A stretch of 48,873 bases of DNA from Gemmatimonadales bacterium (GCA_036566495.1 DATCWE010000043.1:1-48873); one strand, 5' to 3'; shown: positions 9,280-18,147, counted from the stretch's first letter. Numbers and translations: made by a program. The notes: generated by a model from the sequence alone, not told the origin.

Positions 9280-10701
9280 TCAGTCTTCCACGACGTGCGT
9301 CTCGAACACCCGGCGGTGCTCCGCCCAGCGATCCCGCTGAAAGCTGCCCCCTACCAGACAGTCGGCCGCTGCGTACGCCATGGCCAGCGCATGGTGCGTG
9401 TTATCGTGCGCGAACAGCCCCTGGCGGCCATAGCTGAGCAGCCGCGGCACGCTCTCCACCCAGGCATCGAGCACACCGAACCAGCGCTCGTAGCCGATCG
9501 TGTAGATCGGATAGGCCTGCCGCAGCCGGCGAACTTCGACCGCGCGCGGCTCCGCCGGCAGCGGAATTCCGGCGCGGGCCAGATCGTGCGCGACCAGCTC
9601 CCCGAGCGCAGCGTTGCTCATGCTCCAGGCACCCTCCTCCACGCTGCAAGGAAGCTCGGCGCAGAGCACCGTCCGGTCGGCCGGCTCGCGCAGCTCGGCG
9701 TAGTTCTTCGGCTCGGACAGCCGGGTGATGCGCACGTCTTCCCCGGGGAAGTAGTGCGCGTCGTATTCGCTGAACTGCGCGACCGGCAGAACCAGATAGA
9801 CCAGCACCATCGCGCGGTACTCCAGTCGGCCGGCGGCTTCGAACACCTCGGCGGGCGTCGCGTCGCCCAGGAGGCGCGCCAGCATCGGGATGGGGATCGT
9901 CGACCAGAGCTGGTCCGCCTGCGTGATCTCCCGGCCGCCGTTCGCTTCGGCCTCGATCGTCCAGGGTTCCTCCGGAGCCCGCGGCGCTCCGATTCGGGTG
10001 ACCCGCCGCCCGAATCGCAAATCCGCTCCGGCGGCTTGGGCCGCCGCCGCGTAGGCCTCGCTGATCTGGCCATAGCCGCGGCGAGGATAAAAGAATCGTC
10101 CCGCACCAGGCCGCTTGAGGCCGGGGGCTTGGGCTAGGAGTTTGCGGGCCAGCTTCGAGAAGGAGCTTGCGGAGACGCGCCGGCGTGCCTGGATTGCGGA
10201 CAGCTCGGAGGGTGCGCGCCCCCAGATTTTTCGGGCGTAGGGGAAGTAGAACGAATCGCAGATGGTGGGACCCAGGCTGGCCCGCAAGACTGCCGCGAAA
10301 CTGGCCTCGGATCCGCCGCCGCGAAACGGCTTCAGCACCGCGTCGCGCAGGGAGCCGAGGGCGAACCCCGGATCGAGTCGCAGCGCGAGGTCGACCGGCT
10401 GGAGTGGAAAGTGAATCCAGCGACCCCGCAATCGAATCCGCCCGTGGCGGGGCCGGTCCAGCAGGTCGCCGCCCAGCAAGCCGCGGATGTCCGCCAGGAT
10501 CGCGGGATCACAGGCCGGATGCAGCCGATGGCTGCCGTAATCCACCCGCAGGCCCTCCAGCTCGAAGCTCCCGGCGTTTCCGCCGGCCGTCTGCTGCTGC
10601 TCGAGCAGGGTGACTCCTGCGCGCTTGAGCCGACGCAGCTGATAGGCGGCCCCGACGCCCGCGGGCCCCCCGCCAAGAATGGCGACGTGCGCTGTCGTCA
10701 C
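9280..10701 (-). CDS. FAD-dependent oxidoreductase, amine-oxidase / UDP-galactopyranose-mutase-like fold
   Basis: GTG 10701 overlaps the upstream stop (GTGA), followed by HVAILGGGPAGVGAAYQL...TLLEQQQTAGGN (dinucleotide-binding motif). The C-terminal YGRQGLFAHDNTHHALAMAYAAA is typical of this superfamily. The 241 extra 5' codons of the track ORF are Arg/Gly/Ala junk overlapping the upstream gene. Confidence 0.7.
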   Translation of the reverse strand: MTTAHVAILGGGPAGVGAAYQLRRLKRAGVTLLEQQQTAGGNAGSFELEGLRVDYGSHRLHPACDPAILADIRGLLGGDLLDRPRHGRIRLRGRWIHFPLQPVDLALRLDPGFALGSLRDAVLKPFRGGGSEASFAAVLRASLGPTICDSFYFPYARKIWGRAPSELSAIQARRRVSASSFSKLARKLLAQAPGLKRPGAGRFFYPRRGYGQISEAYAAAAQAAGADLRFGRRVTRIGAPRAPEEPWTIEAEANGGREITQADQLWSTIPIPMLARLLGDATPAEVFEAAGRLEYRAMVLVYLVLPVAQFSEYDAHYFPGEDVRITRLSEPKNYAELREPADRTVLCAELPCSVEEGAWSMSNAALGELVAHDLARAGIPLPAEPRAVEVRRLRQAYPIYTIGYERWFGVLDAWVESVPRLLSYGRQGLFAHDNTHHALAMAYAAADCLVGGSFQRDRWAEHRRVFETHVVED

Positions 10702-11648
10702 GCGGGAACGGGACCCTTGCTGGCCCGCAGGGGGAGCTGGCGGGAACGACTGAGAACCAGCCAGACCAGGCCGCCCAGGAGTCCTCCCGCGATGAGCACG
10801 GTCTGCCACAGCAGAGAACAGACGACACTGCGCGCCATCGGGACGCCGAACGGCAGCAGCAGCGCCGCGAGACTCGCCTCGCGGACCGCCAGGCCGCCCA
10901 GGCTGATCGGCAGCAGGCTCGCGATCTTGGCGAGCGGCCAGATCAGGAACCACACCGCCAGATCCACCTCGATCCCCACACTGCGCCCAAGCCAGGCGTT
11001 CAGCAGCACGAAGCCGCTCTGGATGAACAGGGAAAGCGCCAGGCCCAGCGCAGCGGGACCTGGCCGCCTCACCAGCTGGCGCAGCCCCACCAGACCGCGA
11101 CCGATCGGACGGCGGAGCCGGCGCGGCCAGCGGTGCAGGGGGCGCCGCAGCACCAGCGGCAGCGCGAGCAGGGCTACCGCGCCCAGCACCACCAGCAGGA
11201 CCAGCAGCACCTCGCCGAGCCAGCCCTCCAGCCGGCGGTGCGCCAGCAGACCGCCTCCCGTGACCAGAATCGCGAGCGCCAGCAGATCGCTGATCCGATC
11301 CATGATGCCGCCCCACAGCGCCGCTTCGGGACGCCGCGTGAAACGAGCGGCCAGCCCCAGCCGAAGCACATCGCCCCCCACGATGCTGGGGAGGCAGAGA
11401 TTCGCGAAGAGACCGGCGGCGTAGCACAGCGTCGCCTCGAGCCAGCCCAGACCGGCCCGGGCGCTATTGACGAAGAGCCGCCACTTGCCGACTCCCACCG
11501 CGTGGCCTGCCGTGAAGCCGGCCAGGACGCCCAACCACACGGCCGGGGGCAGGCGCACCAGCGCGTCCCGTACCTGCGCCCAGGGCAGCAGCAGGAACAG
11601 GAGCGCCAGCAACGCCGCGCTCAGCGCGGCTTTGGCCCAGACTTTCAA
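10698..11648 (-). CDS. Flippase-like membrane protein (UPF0104 / MprF lysyl-PG-synthase transmembrane-domain family)
   Basis: About 316 aa and almost entirely hydrophobic helices (LLALLFLLLPW, WLGVLAGFTAGHAV, LLVLLVVLGAVALLALPLVL, PISLGGLAVREASL). The proposed TTG 11648 start overlaps the stop of the upstream GT2 (TTGA). The start codon is uncertain. Confidence 0.6.
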   Translation of the reverse strand: MKVWAKAALSAALLALLFLLLPWAQVRDALVRLPPAVWLGVLAGFTAGHAVGVGKWRLFVNSARAGLGWLEATLCYAAGLFANLCLPSIVGGDVLRLGLAARFTRRPEAALWGGIMDRISDLLALAILVTGGGLLAHRRLEGWLGEVLLVLLVVLGAVALLALPLVLRRPLHRWPRRLRRPIGRGLVGLRQLVRRPGPAALGLALSLFIQSGFVLLNAWLGRSVGIEVDLAVWFLIWPLAKIASLLPISLGGLAVREASLAALLLPFGVPMARSVVCSLLWQTVLIAGGLLGGLVWLVLSRSRQLPLRASKGPVPA

Positions 11649-12538
11649 CGACCTCTCGCGATGCGGGCGTTCTGGTCGGCCAGCAGCCCCACGGCCCAGA
11701 TGATCAGCGGGCCCAGCAACGCCACCAGGAGACTCTCTTTGAGATCCCGCTGGGTGACGTCGTAGACGAACTTGCCGACGCCGGCCAGCGCGAGCAGTAC
11801 GCCGGCGGGGATGAAGACCTTGAGCGGATTGAAGAACACGATGACGCGGAGGATGAGCAGGGTGAAGTCGTACGCCTGCCGGGGACGAATCTTGGATTTG
11901 CCCAGGCGGGCATGGTAGTCGATCGGGACATAGGCCACCGCGTGACCGTTGCAGGCGGCGGCGAGCGTGATCGTGGTCGTGAAGGAGAATCCCTCCGGCA
12001 GCAGGTGCTCGTACTGCTGAATCAGCGAGCGCCGCATCAGCCGCAATCCGGAATTGATGTCGGGAAGCCGCTGGCCGGCCAGGTAACTCGCCAGCTTGGT
12101 GAGCACCCATTTCGCGGGGCGCCGCGCCAGCGGAATCTGGACCGACTTGCCGAGCCGGGCTCCCACCACCATCTCGTTCTTCTCCGCCAGCTCCAGCAGC
12201 GCCGGAATGGCCTCGACCGGATAGGTCCCGTCTGCGTCGGTGATCAGGATCCAGCCGTGCTGGGCGCGATGGATCCCCAGCTTGAGCGCCGCGCCATAGC
12301 CGCGATTCTTGGCGCGGCGGAGCACCCGCACACCCGAGGCGTCGGCCTCGGCGGCGGTCCGGTCGGTCGAGCCATCGTCCACCACGATAATCTCGAACGA
12401 CCAGCCGGTGCGCAGCATGGTCTGGCGCACCGCCTCCACCTGGGCGGCGACATGCTCGCCTTCGTTGTAGGCAGGAATGACTACGGTGACGGCCTGCGCG
12501 ATCTGCGCGGGCTCTTCCCCGACGATTTCCTCGATCAC
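11645..12538 (-). CDS. Family-2 glycosyltransferase, polyprenyl-phosphate sugar synthase-like with C-terminal TM helices
   Basis: VVIPAYNEGEHV, IIVVDDGSTDRT, NRGYGAALK, DxD in ITDADGTY. The two C-terminal hydrophobic helices are typical of GtrB/ArnC/Dpm1-like enzymes. Confidence 0.85.
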   Translation of the reverse strand: MIEEIVGEEPAQIAQAVTVVIPAYNEGEHVAAQVEAVRQTMLRTGWSFEIIVVDDGSTDRTAAEADASGVRVLRRAKNRGYGAALKLGIHRAQHGWILITDADGTYPVEAIPALLELAEKNEMVVGARLGKSVQIPLARRPAKWVLTKLASYLAGQRLPDINSGLRLMRRSLIQQYEHLLPEGFSFTTTITLAAACNGHAVAYVPIDYHARLGKSKIRPRQAYDFTLLILRVIVFFNPLKVFIPAGVLLALAGVGKFVYDVTQRDLKESLLVALLGPLIIWAVGLLADQNARIARGR

Positions 12539-12545
12539 AGAGCCC

Positions 12546-13994
12546 TCAGGGTGCTGGAGGGGCCGGCTTCGAAACCATGACGACGACCGCGCCGCCTCCG
12601 ACGGTTCCCGGGAACACCGCCGCGGTATCGTACTGCACGGCGAGCCGTTGCCAGATTTCCGGTTGAACGACTGCCAGCCGCACCGGGAAGGTGTACAGCA
12701 ACCAGGTGCGTCGGTGCTGCTGCTCGATGCGCTCCAACTCCACCAGACTCTTCGCGGCCGCCCAGTCGCGCTGCCGCCAGCGCAGATAGGGGTATTCGGT
12801 AAGGTCGACCGTCACGACCGCGTCGTCTGCGGAGCGGGCCTGGTCCACGAACCGCTCTGCACCGAGAAAGTCCTGTTTGGGACCCCAGGCCCTGGGCAGC
12901 GTAAGAGCGCTCGCCAGGATGGCAAGGATCGCGCCGCCGGTAGCTAGGACCCTCCCTCGCTCCCCGAACAGCAGGCGGGCCAGCCCGAAACCACCCCGGA
13001 TCGCGATCAAGACCGCGAAACCGGCGCTGAAGAAGAAGAATCGCGGCCAGAGGTTTTGCTTCACCACCAGCAGGATGGCGGCGGTGAGCAGCCCCGGAAG
13101 GACGCACAGCGCGCAGAGGGTCGGGCTCTGCCGCCAGAGGCCGATCAGTCCAGCGGTCATGACCAGTACCCCGGCAGCGACGCCGATCCATCCGCCGGGG
13201 AGCCCGGCGGCGAGGCCCCGCGCACTCTCCAGCACGAACCAGAGCGGGCTCTGCCAGTCAGTCTGGGCGGCGTGCGGGTTGCGCCCCGCCAAGGTGCTGA
13301 CCAGCTGCGACAAGACCGGCGCGTACAGCAACAAGGTCAAGCCGGCGGCCAGCAGGATTCCGGCCCCCGGGCGGATCCCCAGCCGGGGCCGGGTGCGGCG
13401 TTCGGCCCACCAGACCCAGGCGAGCACCAGCGCATGGGAGAGCGAGAGCAGCACCGCGGTGGGATGGATGTACACGGCCAGCGCCGAGCTCACACCGTAA
13501 ACGGCGACGCTTCCCCATCCCGTCGTTTCCTCCCGCAGCAGCCGGAGGAACGCCAGCGTCGCGAGCAACGTCAGGAGCAGGAGCCCAGAGTACCCGCGAG
13601 CATTCTGGGAAAACCACACGTGGTGATAGGAAACGGTGAGCAACGCCGCGCCCAGCAGGGCTTCGCGCCGGTCGCCGACGCGGGCCGCGAACTGGTAATA
13701 GGCCCAGAGGCTCGCCGTGCCGAGCAGGGCCGCCGGCAGCCGCAGCGCGGCGCCCGACTCGCCCAGCGTCGCGATGCTGAAATGAGCCAGGACCGAGTAC
13801 AGCGGGTGCTGATTGGTGCTGTGGTAATCCGTGATGATCCGCCCCAGGGGCGAGCGGACATATTCGACCAGCGTCTCGATCTCGTCGTACCAGAGGCCCG
13901 GGCCCAGATGGTACAGCCGCAGCCCGAGCCCGATGCCGAGCAGCGCGACGAGCGCCCAGGCCGTCCCTCGCGCTCGGGGGGCGTCCGCGGGCAC
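12546..13994 (-). CDS. GT-C glycosyltransferase, family 39/83-like (ArnT/PMT_2-type)
   Basis: LGLRLYHLGPGLWYDEIETLVEY carries the acidic DE motif in the first extracytoplasmic loop, as in ArnT/PMT-type enzymes. Many TM segments are followed by a soluble ~100-aa C-terminal domain. GTG 13994 is the first start after the pruA stop. The 702-aa track ORF runs antisense into pruA, so I trimmed it. Confidence 0.7.
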   Translation of the reverse strand: MPADAPRARGTAWALVALLGIGLGLRLYHLGPGLWYDEIETLVEYVRSPLGRIITDYHSTNQHPLYSVLAHFSIATLGESGAALRLPAALLGTASLWAYYQFAARVGDRREALLGAALLTVSYHHVWFSQNARGYSGLLLLTLLATLAFLRLLREETTGWGSVAVYGVSSALAVYIHPTAVLLSLSHALVLAWVWWAERRTRPRLGIRPGAGILLAAGLTLLLYAPVLSQLVSTLAGRNPHAAQTDWQSPLWFVLESARGLAAGLPGGWIGVAAGVLVMTAGLIGLWRQSPTLCALCVLPGLLTAAILLVVKQNLWPRFFFFSAGFAVLIAIRGGFGLARLLFGERGRVLATGGAILAILASALTLPRAWGPKQDFLGAERFVDQARSADDAVVTVDLTEYPYLRWRQRDWAAAKSLVELERIEQQHRRTWLLYTFPVRLAVVQPEIWQRLAVQYDTAAVFPGTVGGGAVVVMVSKPAPPAP

Positions 13995-13999
13995 GCGGG

Positions 14000-15628
14000 T
14001 TACTCGGCCTGCATGAACGGGTAGCGATGATCGTGCGGCGGCGCGAAGGTTTCCTTGATGGACCGGGGCGATACCCAGCGCAGCAGGTTGAGAATCGAGC
14101 CGGCCTTGTCGTTGGTGCCGCTCGCGCGGGCGCCCCCGAACGGCTGCTGTCCCACCACCGCTCCGGTCGGCTTGTCGTTCAAGTAGAAATTCCCCGCCGC
14201 GTGGCGCAGCTGGGTGGACGCCTCCACCAGCGCCGTGCGGTCCTGGGCGAAGACCGACCCGGTGAGGGCGTACGGACTGGTGCTGTTCACCAGGCCCAGC
14301 GTCGCCCTCCAGGCACGGTCCGGATACACATACGCGGTCAACACCGGGCCGAACAGCTCCTCGCACATCGTTCGATAACCCGGATCCTTGACTTGCAGGA
14401 GGGTCGGCTCGACGAACCAGCCGCGTTTGTCGTCGGCGTTGCCGCCGGCGAGGATCGTCACGCCCCGGTCCTTGCGTGCGGCAGCCAGATAACCCGAGAG
14501 CTTCGCGAACGACTTTGCGTCGATTACCGCGCCCATGAAATTCCGGAAATCCGCCACGTCCCCCATCTTGAGGTCGGCGATCTGCTCCAGCACCGCTTGC
14601 TTGATCCGCGGCCACAGGCTCTGCGGGATGTAGACGCGCGATGCCGCACTGCACTTCTGGCCCTGGTACTCGTAGGCCCCGCGCACCATGGCGACCGCCA
14701 CCGCCGCCGCATCGGCGCTCGGATGGACCAGGATGAAATCCTTGCCGCCGGTCTCCCCGACCAATCGCGGATAAGCGGCATAGCTCTCCAGTCGCTCGGC
14801 CACCCCCTTCCAGAGCGACTGGAACACCGTGGTCGAGCCGGTAAAGTGAATACCGGCGAGCGCGCGGTCACCGAGCAGGCGCCCGCTGACTTGCTGGGAG
14901 TCCCCCGGCACGAAGTTGATGACGCCGGGAGGCAGTCCGGCCTCCTGCAGCAGCCGCATGAACAAGTAATTGCTGAGACACGCCGTGGCGGCGGGCTTCC
15001 AGATCACCGTGTTGCCCATCAGCGCCGGAGCGGTCGGCAGATTGGCGCCGATCGCCGTGAAGTTGAAGGGCGTAATCGCGTAGACGAAGCCTTCCAACGG
15101 CCGATGGTCCATCCGGTTCCACACTCCGGGCGAGGAGATCGGCTGCTCCGCGTAGATCCGCTCGGCGAAGTGGACGTTGAAACGGAGGAAGTCGATGATC
15201 TCGCAGGCGCTGTCGATCTCGGCCTGATAGATGGTCTTGCTCTGCCCCAGCATCGTCGCCGCATTGAGCGTCTGTCGCCACGAACCGGCCAGCAGCTCGG
15301 CGGCCTTGAGGAAAACGGCTGCGCGATCCTCGAAACGCCAGCTGGCCCACTCGCGTTGGGCGCGGCGCGCGGCTCCTATCGCCGCGGTGAGGGCTTTCGC
15401 GTCCGCCTGGTGGGTCTGGGCGAGCTGATGCGAATGCCGGTGCGGCGCCACCACCTTGACCAGCTTCCCGGTGCGGACATCCTGGCCGTTCACGATGACC
15501 GGGATCTCCGTGATGCTGCTCCCCAGTCGCTTGAGCTCCGCCTTGATCGCCGCACGTTCCGGACTCCCCGGTCCATAGGCAAGGACCGGCTCATTGTGGG
15601 GAGCCGGGATGTTCGCTGGGCCGCTCAT
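14000..15628 (-). CDS. pruA: L-glutamate gamma-semialdehyde (1-pyrroline-5-carboxylate) dehydrogenase
   Basis: 542-aa aldehyde dehydrogenase with FTGSTTVF, ETGGKDF, GQKCSAASR (catalytic Cys) and the C-terminal GARASGTNDKAGS typical of stand-alone P5C dehydrogenases. The ATG 15628 start has GAGGAG upstream. Confidence 0.85.
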   Translation of the reverse strand: MSGPANIPAPHNEPVLAYGPGSPERAAIKAELKRLGSSITEIPVIVNGQDVRTGKLVKVVAPHRHSHQLAQTHQADAKALTAAIGAARRAQREWASWRFEDRAAVFLKAAELLAGSWRQTLNAATMLGQSKTIYQAEIDSACEIIDFLRFNVHFAERIYAEQPISSPGVWNRMDHRPLEGFVYAITPFNFTAIGANLPTAPALMGNTVIWKPAATACLSNYLFMRLLQEAGLPPGVINFVPGDSQQVSGRLLGDRALAGIHFTGSTTVFQSLWKGVAERLESYAAYPRLVGETGGKDFILVHPSADAAAVAVAMVRGAYEYQGQKCSAASRVYIPQSLWPRIKQAVLEQIADLKMGDVADFRNFMGAVIDAKSFAKLSGYLAAARKDRGVTILAGGNADDKRGWFVEPTLLQVKDPGYRTMCEELFGPVLTAYVYPDRAWRATLGLVNSTSPYALTGSVFAQDRTALVEASTQLRHAAGNFYLNDKPTGAVVGQQPFGGARASGTNDKAGSILNLLRWVSPRSIKETFAPPHDHRYPFMQAE

Positions 15629-15697
15629 GGCATTGCTCCTCGAGGCACTTGGTGGATGAAAGGCGGCAAAACGTCGCAGCAATCTAGCTGTTACCGG

Positions 15698-16624
15698 TCA
15701 CGGCAGCTTTGGCACCTCTCCGGCAAACACGGGCTGGTCCGGCACGCTGAATCCGGCCCTGCGGAGGATGGCCCGGCCCGCATGGGACAGTACGAACCCG
15801 GCGAACGCGCGGGCCAGCTCGGGATGGGGAGCCCCCTTGGGGACCGTAAGTGCGTAGAGGATCGGCTCGCCGCGAAACTCCACCGAATCGGAGGAGCCGA
15901 GCCGAGGGCCGGGCAAGCGAATCCCCGCGGCGCCATACTGCGCCGCACGCGCCGGGTCGCTTAGGTCGATCTCGGGAGGGAGCGCAACCCAGCGAAGCCC
16001 GGCGGTGCTCGCGAGCGACCGGTAGGACCAGGCGTAATCCAGCTCACCCGCCTGAACCAGCCCCAGCAGCTGCGCCTCATTGGGCCGCACGTAGCGGGAG
16101 CGAACCGCGGCTTCGAGCCGGCCCGCGAGCCCCGGTTGTCGATAGTGTCGCTCGGCGAGCTGGAACACCATCCGGGCGCGATATCCGTTGGGGTCCTGGG
16201 CGGGATCCGACAGCCCCCAGCGTACCCCGGGGCGCAGCAGGAGCTGCCACCAGTTCTGTCCCGAGACTTCGGCGGCGCCCGTGGAGCGATCCGAATACAC
16301 CAGCACCATCGCATTCGAGGCAAAGCAGACGTACCAATTCGCATAGGCCGGCTGCAGCAGTTTGGTGATCACGCCGTAGTCCGCGACCGCGAGCAGATCG
16401 GGAATCTTGCCGAGCTCGGTGAGCTTCCGGGCCGCTTCGAGACTCCCCGAGCTTTCCTGGGTCGGCCGCACGGCGGGATGCAGCCGCACGAATGCGGTGA
16501 GCAGCTCGCGGAATGGGTAAGCCAGGCTTCCGGCATTGAATACGGCGAGCGGTCCAGCCAGCTGCGCGGCCGGATCCGGAGCCGGGGTGGACGCCAGCAG
16601 CAGTAACGGGAGGAAACGGTTCAC
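15698..16624 (-). CDS. Periplasmic oxyanion-binding protein, WtpA/ModA-like (molybdate/tungstate type)
   Basis: Signal peptide MNRFLPLLLLASTPA (GTG start). Motifs as I remember them from WtpA-type binders: FNAGSL, KLTELGK, AVADY, ANWY, DPNGYR, GELDY, EIDLS. No cognate permease or ATPase is nearby. Confidence 0.6.
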   Translation of the reverse strand: MNRFLPLLLLASTPAPDPAAQLAGPLAVFNAGSLAYPFRELLTAFVRLHPAVRPTQESSGSLEAARKLTELGKIPDLLAVADYGVITKLLQPAYANWYVCFASNAMVLVYSDRSTGAAEVSGQNWWQLLLRPGVRWGLSDPAQDPNGYRARMVFQLAERHYRQPGLAGRLEAAVRSRYVRPNEAQLLGLVQAGELDYAWSYRSLASTAGLRWVALPPEIDLSDPARAAQYGAAGIRLPGPRLGSSDSVEFRGEPILYALTVPKGAPHPELARAFAGFVLSHAGRAILRRAGFSVPDQPVFAGEVPKLP

Positions 16625-16691
16625 CCTTCAAGATATCGCCGTCGAGTATATTTCAGCCGGACTTTCCCATTCAAAACCTCGCGAGGCGTCC

Positions 16692-17096
16692 ATGCGCAGT
16701 GGAGTTCCCGCGGTGCTCGCGGTCCTGGCGCTGATCTCTTGCCGCCCCTATGACAATTACGCACCGGTGGCGGATCAATCGGGACTGATTCCCGCCGCCA
16801 CCTTTGCCCGTTACGGCCGGGAGCAGGCGGAGCTGACGGCCATCGGCCGCTCCCTGTCCGCCTGGCGGATGACGGCCGATTCGGCGGCCATCACCGAGCA
16901 GGCGGCCCGCGCGGCGTGCTTCGCCCGGCGGCTTCCGGACGTGGCAACGGTGGACGTCGATCCGGCGGGGTTCCGGCTCACGGTGCGGTTCAAGAGCGGC
17001 TGGCGCGCGGCGGCGGTCCCCATCGCCGACGGGGTCGAACCGGCGGCGACTCCCGGCCTGCCGCCGTTGCTCGCGGCCCCGAGTAGCTGCACGTGA
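16692..17096 (+). CDS. Hypothetical lipoprotein
   Basis: MRSGVPAVLAVLALISC has a lipobox-like L-I-S-C. The stop overlaps the cutA GTG (GTGA). Track ORF trimmed to the first Met preceding the signal peptide. Confidence 0.6.
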   Translation: MRSGVPAVLAVLALISCRPYDNYAPVADQSGLIPAATFARYGREQAELTAIGRSLSAWRMTADSAAITEQAARAACFARRLPDVATVDVDPAGFRLTVRFKSGWRAAAVPIADGVEPAATPGLPPLLAAPSSCT

Positions 17097-17428
17097 GCGA
17101 TTGCTACCAGGTCAGCACCACCATCGACAGCGAGAGCGCGGCGGGCCGGATCGCCGAAATACTGGTCGCAGAGCGCCTGGCAGCCTGCGTTCAGGTCGTC
17201 GGACCGCTGCGCAGCGTGTACCGCTGGGAGGGAGCGGTCACCCAGGCCACCGAGTGGCTCTGCGTCGCCAAGACCGGCGAGGCCGGCTTGCCGGCACTGC
17301 TGTCGCGCCTGCGCGCCGTGCATTCCTACCAGCTGCCCGAAATCGTCGCGGTTCCTATCACCGGAGGCGATCCGGGTTACTTGGAATGGCTGCGCCAGGA
17401 ATCCACACCTCGCACGGAGCTTCCATGA
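17093..17428 (+). CDS. cutA: Divalent-cation tolerance protein CutA
   Basis: About 111 aa with LAACVQ, SVYRWEG and HSYQLPEIVAVPI, which are characteristic of CutA1. Confidence 0.85.
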   Translation: MSDCYQVSTTIDSESAAGRIAEILVAERLAACVQVVGPLRSVYRWEGAVTQATEWLCVAKTGEAGLPALLSRLRAVHSYQLPEIVAVPITGGDPGYLEWLRQESTPRTELP

Positions 17429-18135
17429 GCGAGAGCCCGGCCCCCCCCGCACCCAGCTCCCGCTGGGAGGACTTGCTCGACGTCTTCATCGCCCCGGTCG
17501 AGCTGTTCCGCCGCCGCAGCGATGGCAAGTTCGGACATGCGCTGATCATGCTGCTCGTGCTCAGCGCCATCGTCTTCTTTGCGACTCGCAGCGCCATGCA
17601 GCCGATCATGGACGCGGAGTTTCAGCGCGGCATGGCGTCCCGGCCGAACCTGACGCCGGAGGCGATCGAGACGGCGCGCAAGTTCGCCACCAGCCTCGCC
17701 CCCGTCTTCATTCTCATCGGCCTGCCCGTCGGCGTGTTCCTTCTCGGGGCCGTCATCTGGGCCGCCGGGCGAATCGTCGGAGGCCGTCTCAGCTATGCGC
17801 AGGGCGCGACCCTTGCCACCTTCGCCTTCTTCCCGCGGATCCTTGAGGGCGTCGTAAGCGGGATCCAGGCGTTGCTGATGGATGAAGGCAACCTCCTCTC
17901 CCGCTTCAGCGTCAGTTTGGGGATAGGGCGGTTGCTGGACCCGCAGCACACCAGCGCCGTGCTGCTTGCCCTGCTGGGGCGCATCGACCTGTTCACCTTG
18001 TGGGGAACCGCACTCATCGCGATCGGCATCAAGCAGATGGCCAGAACGAGTACCGGTCAGGCCATTGCGGCAGCAGCTCTGGTCTGGGTGGTTGGTTGCC
18101 TGCCCGCCCTCTTGCAAGCCCTCCGAACCGTTTGA
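17425..18135 (+). CDS. Yip1-domain membrane protein
   Basis: ATG 17425 overlaps the cutA stop (ATGA). The short cytoplasmic N-terminus is followed by five hydrophobic segments. The LDVFIAPVELFRR start is typical of the Yip1/DUF1282 family. Confidence 0.65.
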   Translation: MSESPAPPAPSSRWEDLLDVFIAPVELFRRRSDGKFGHALIMLLVLSAIVFFATRSAMQPIMDAEFQRGMASRPNLTPEAIETARKFATSLAPVFILIGLPVGVFLLGAVIWAAGRIVGGRLSYAQGATLATFAFFPRILEGVVSGIQALLMDEGNLLSRFSVSLGIGRLLDPQHTSAVLLALLGRIDLFTLWGTALIAIGIKQMARTSTGQAIAAAALVWVVGCLPALLQALRTV

Positions 18136-18147
18136 GGGAACCTGGAA

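Noticed and set aside
10702-11427. 5' extensions of track ORFs: 9280-11427, 12546-14654, 10698-12110, 609-2621, 2659-3723, 32092-33177 and 17101-18135
   Set aside because: The extensions overlap the upstream genes out of frame, look non-protein-like, and end exactly where a start codon overlaps the upstream stop. I trimmed them to those starts.
14027-15964. 645-aa plus-strand ORF
   Set aside because: It is antisense to pruA and the WtpA-like gene. The sequence is low-complexity and Arg-rich, with no recognisable domains.
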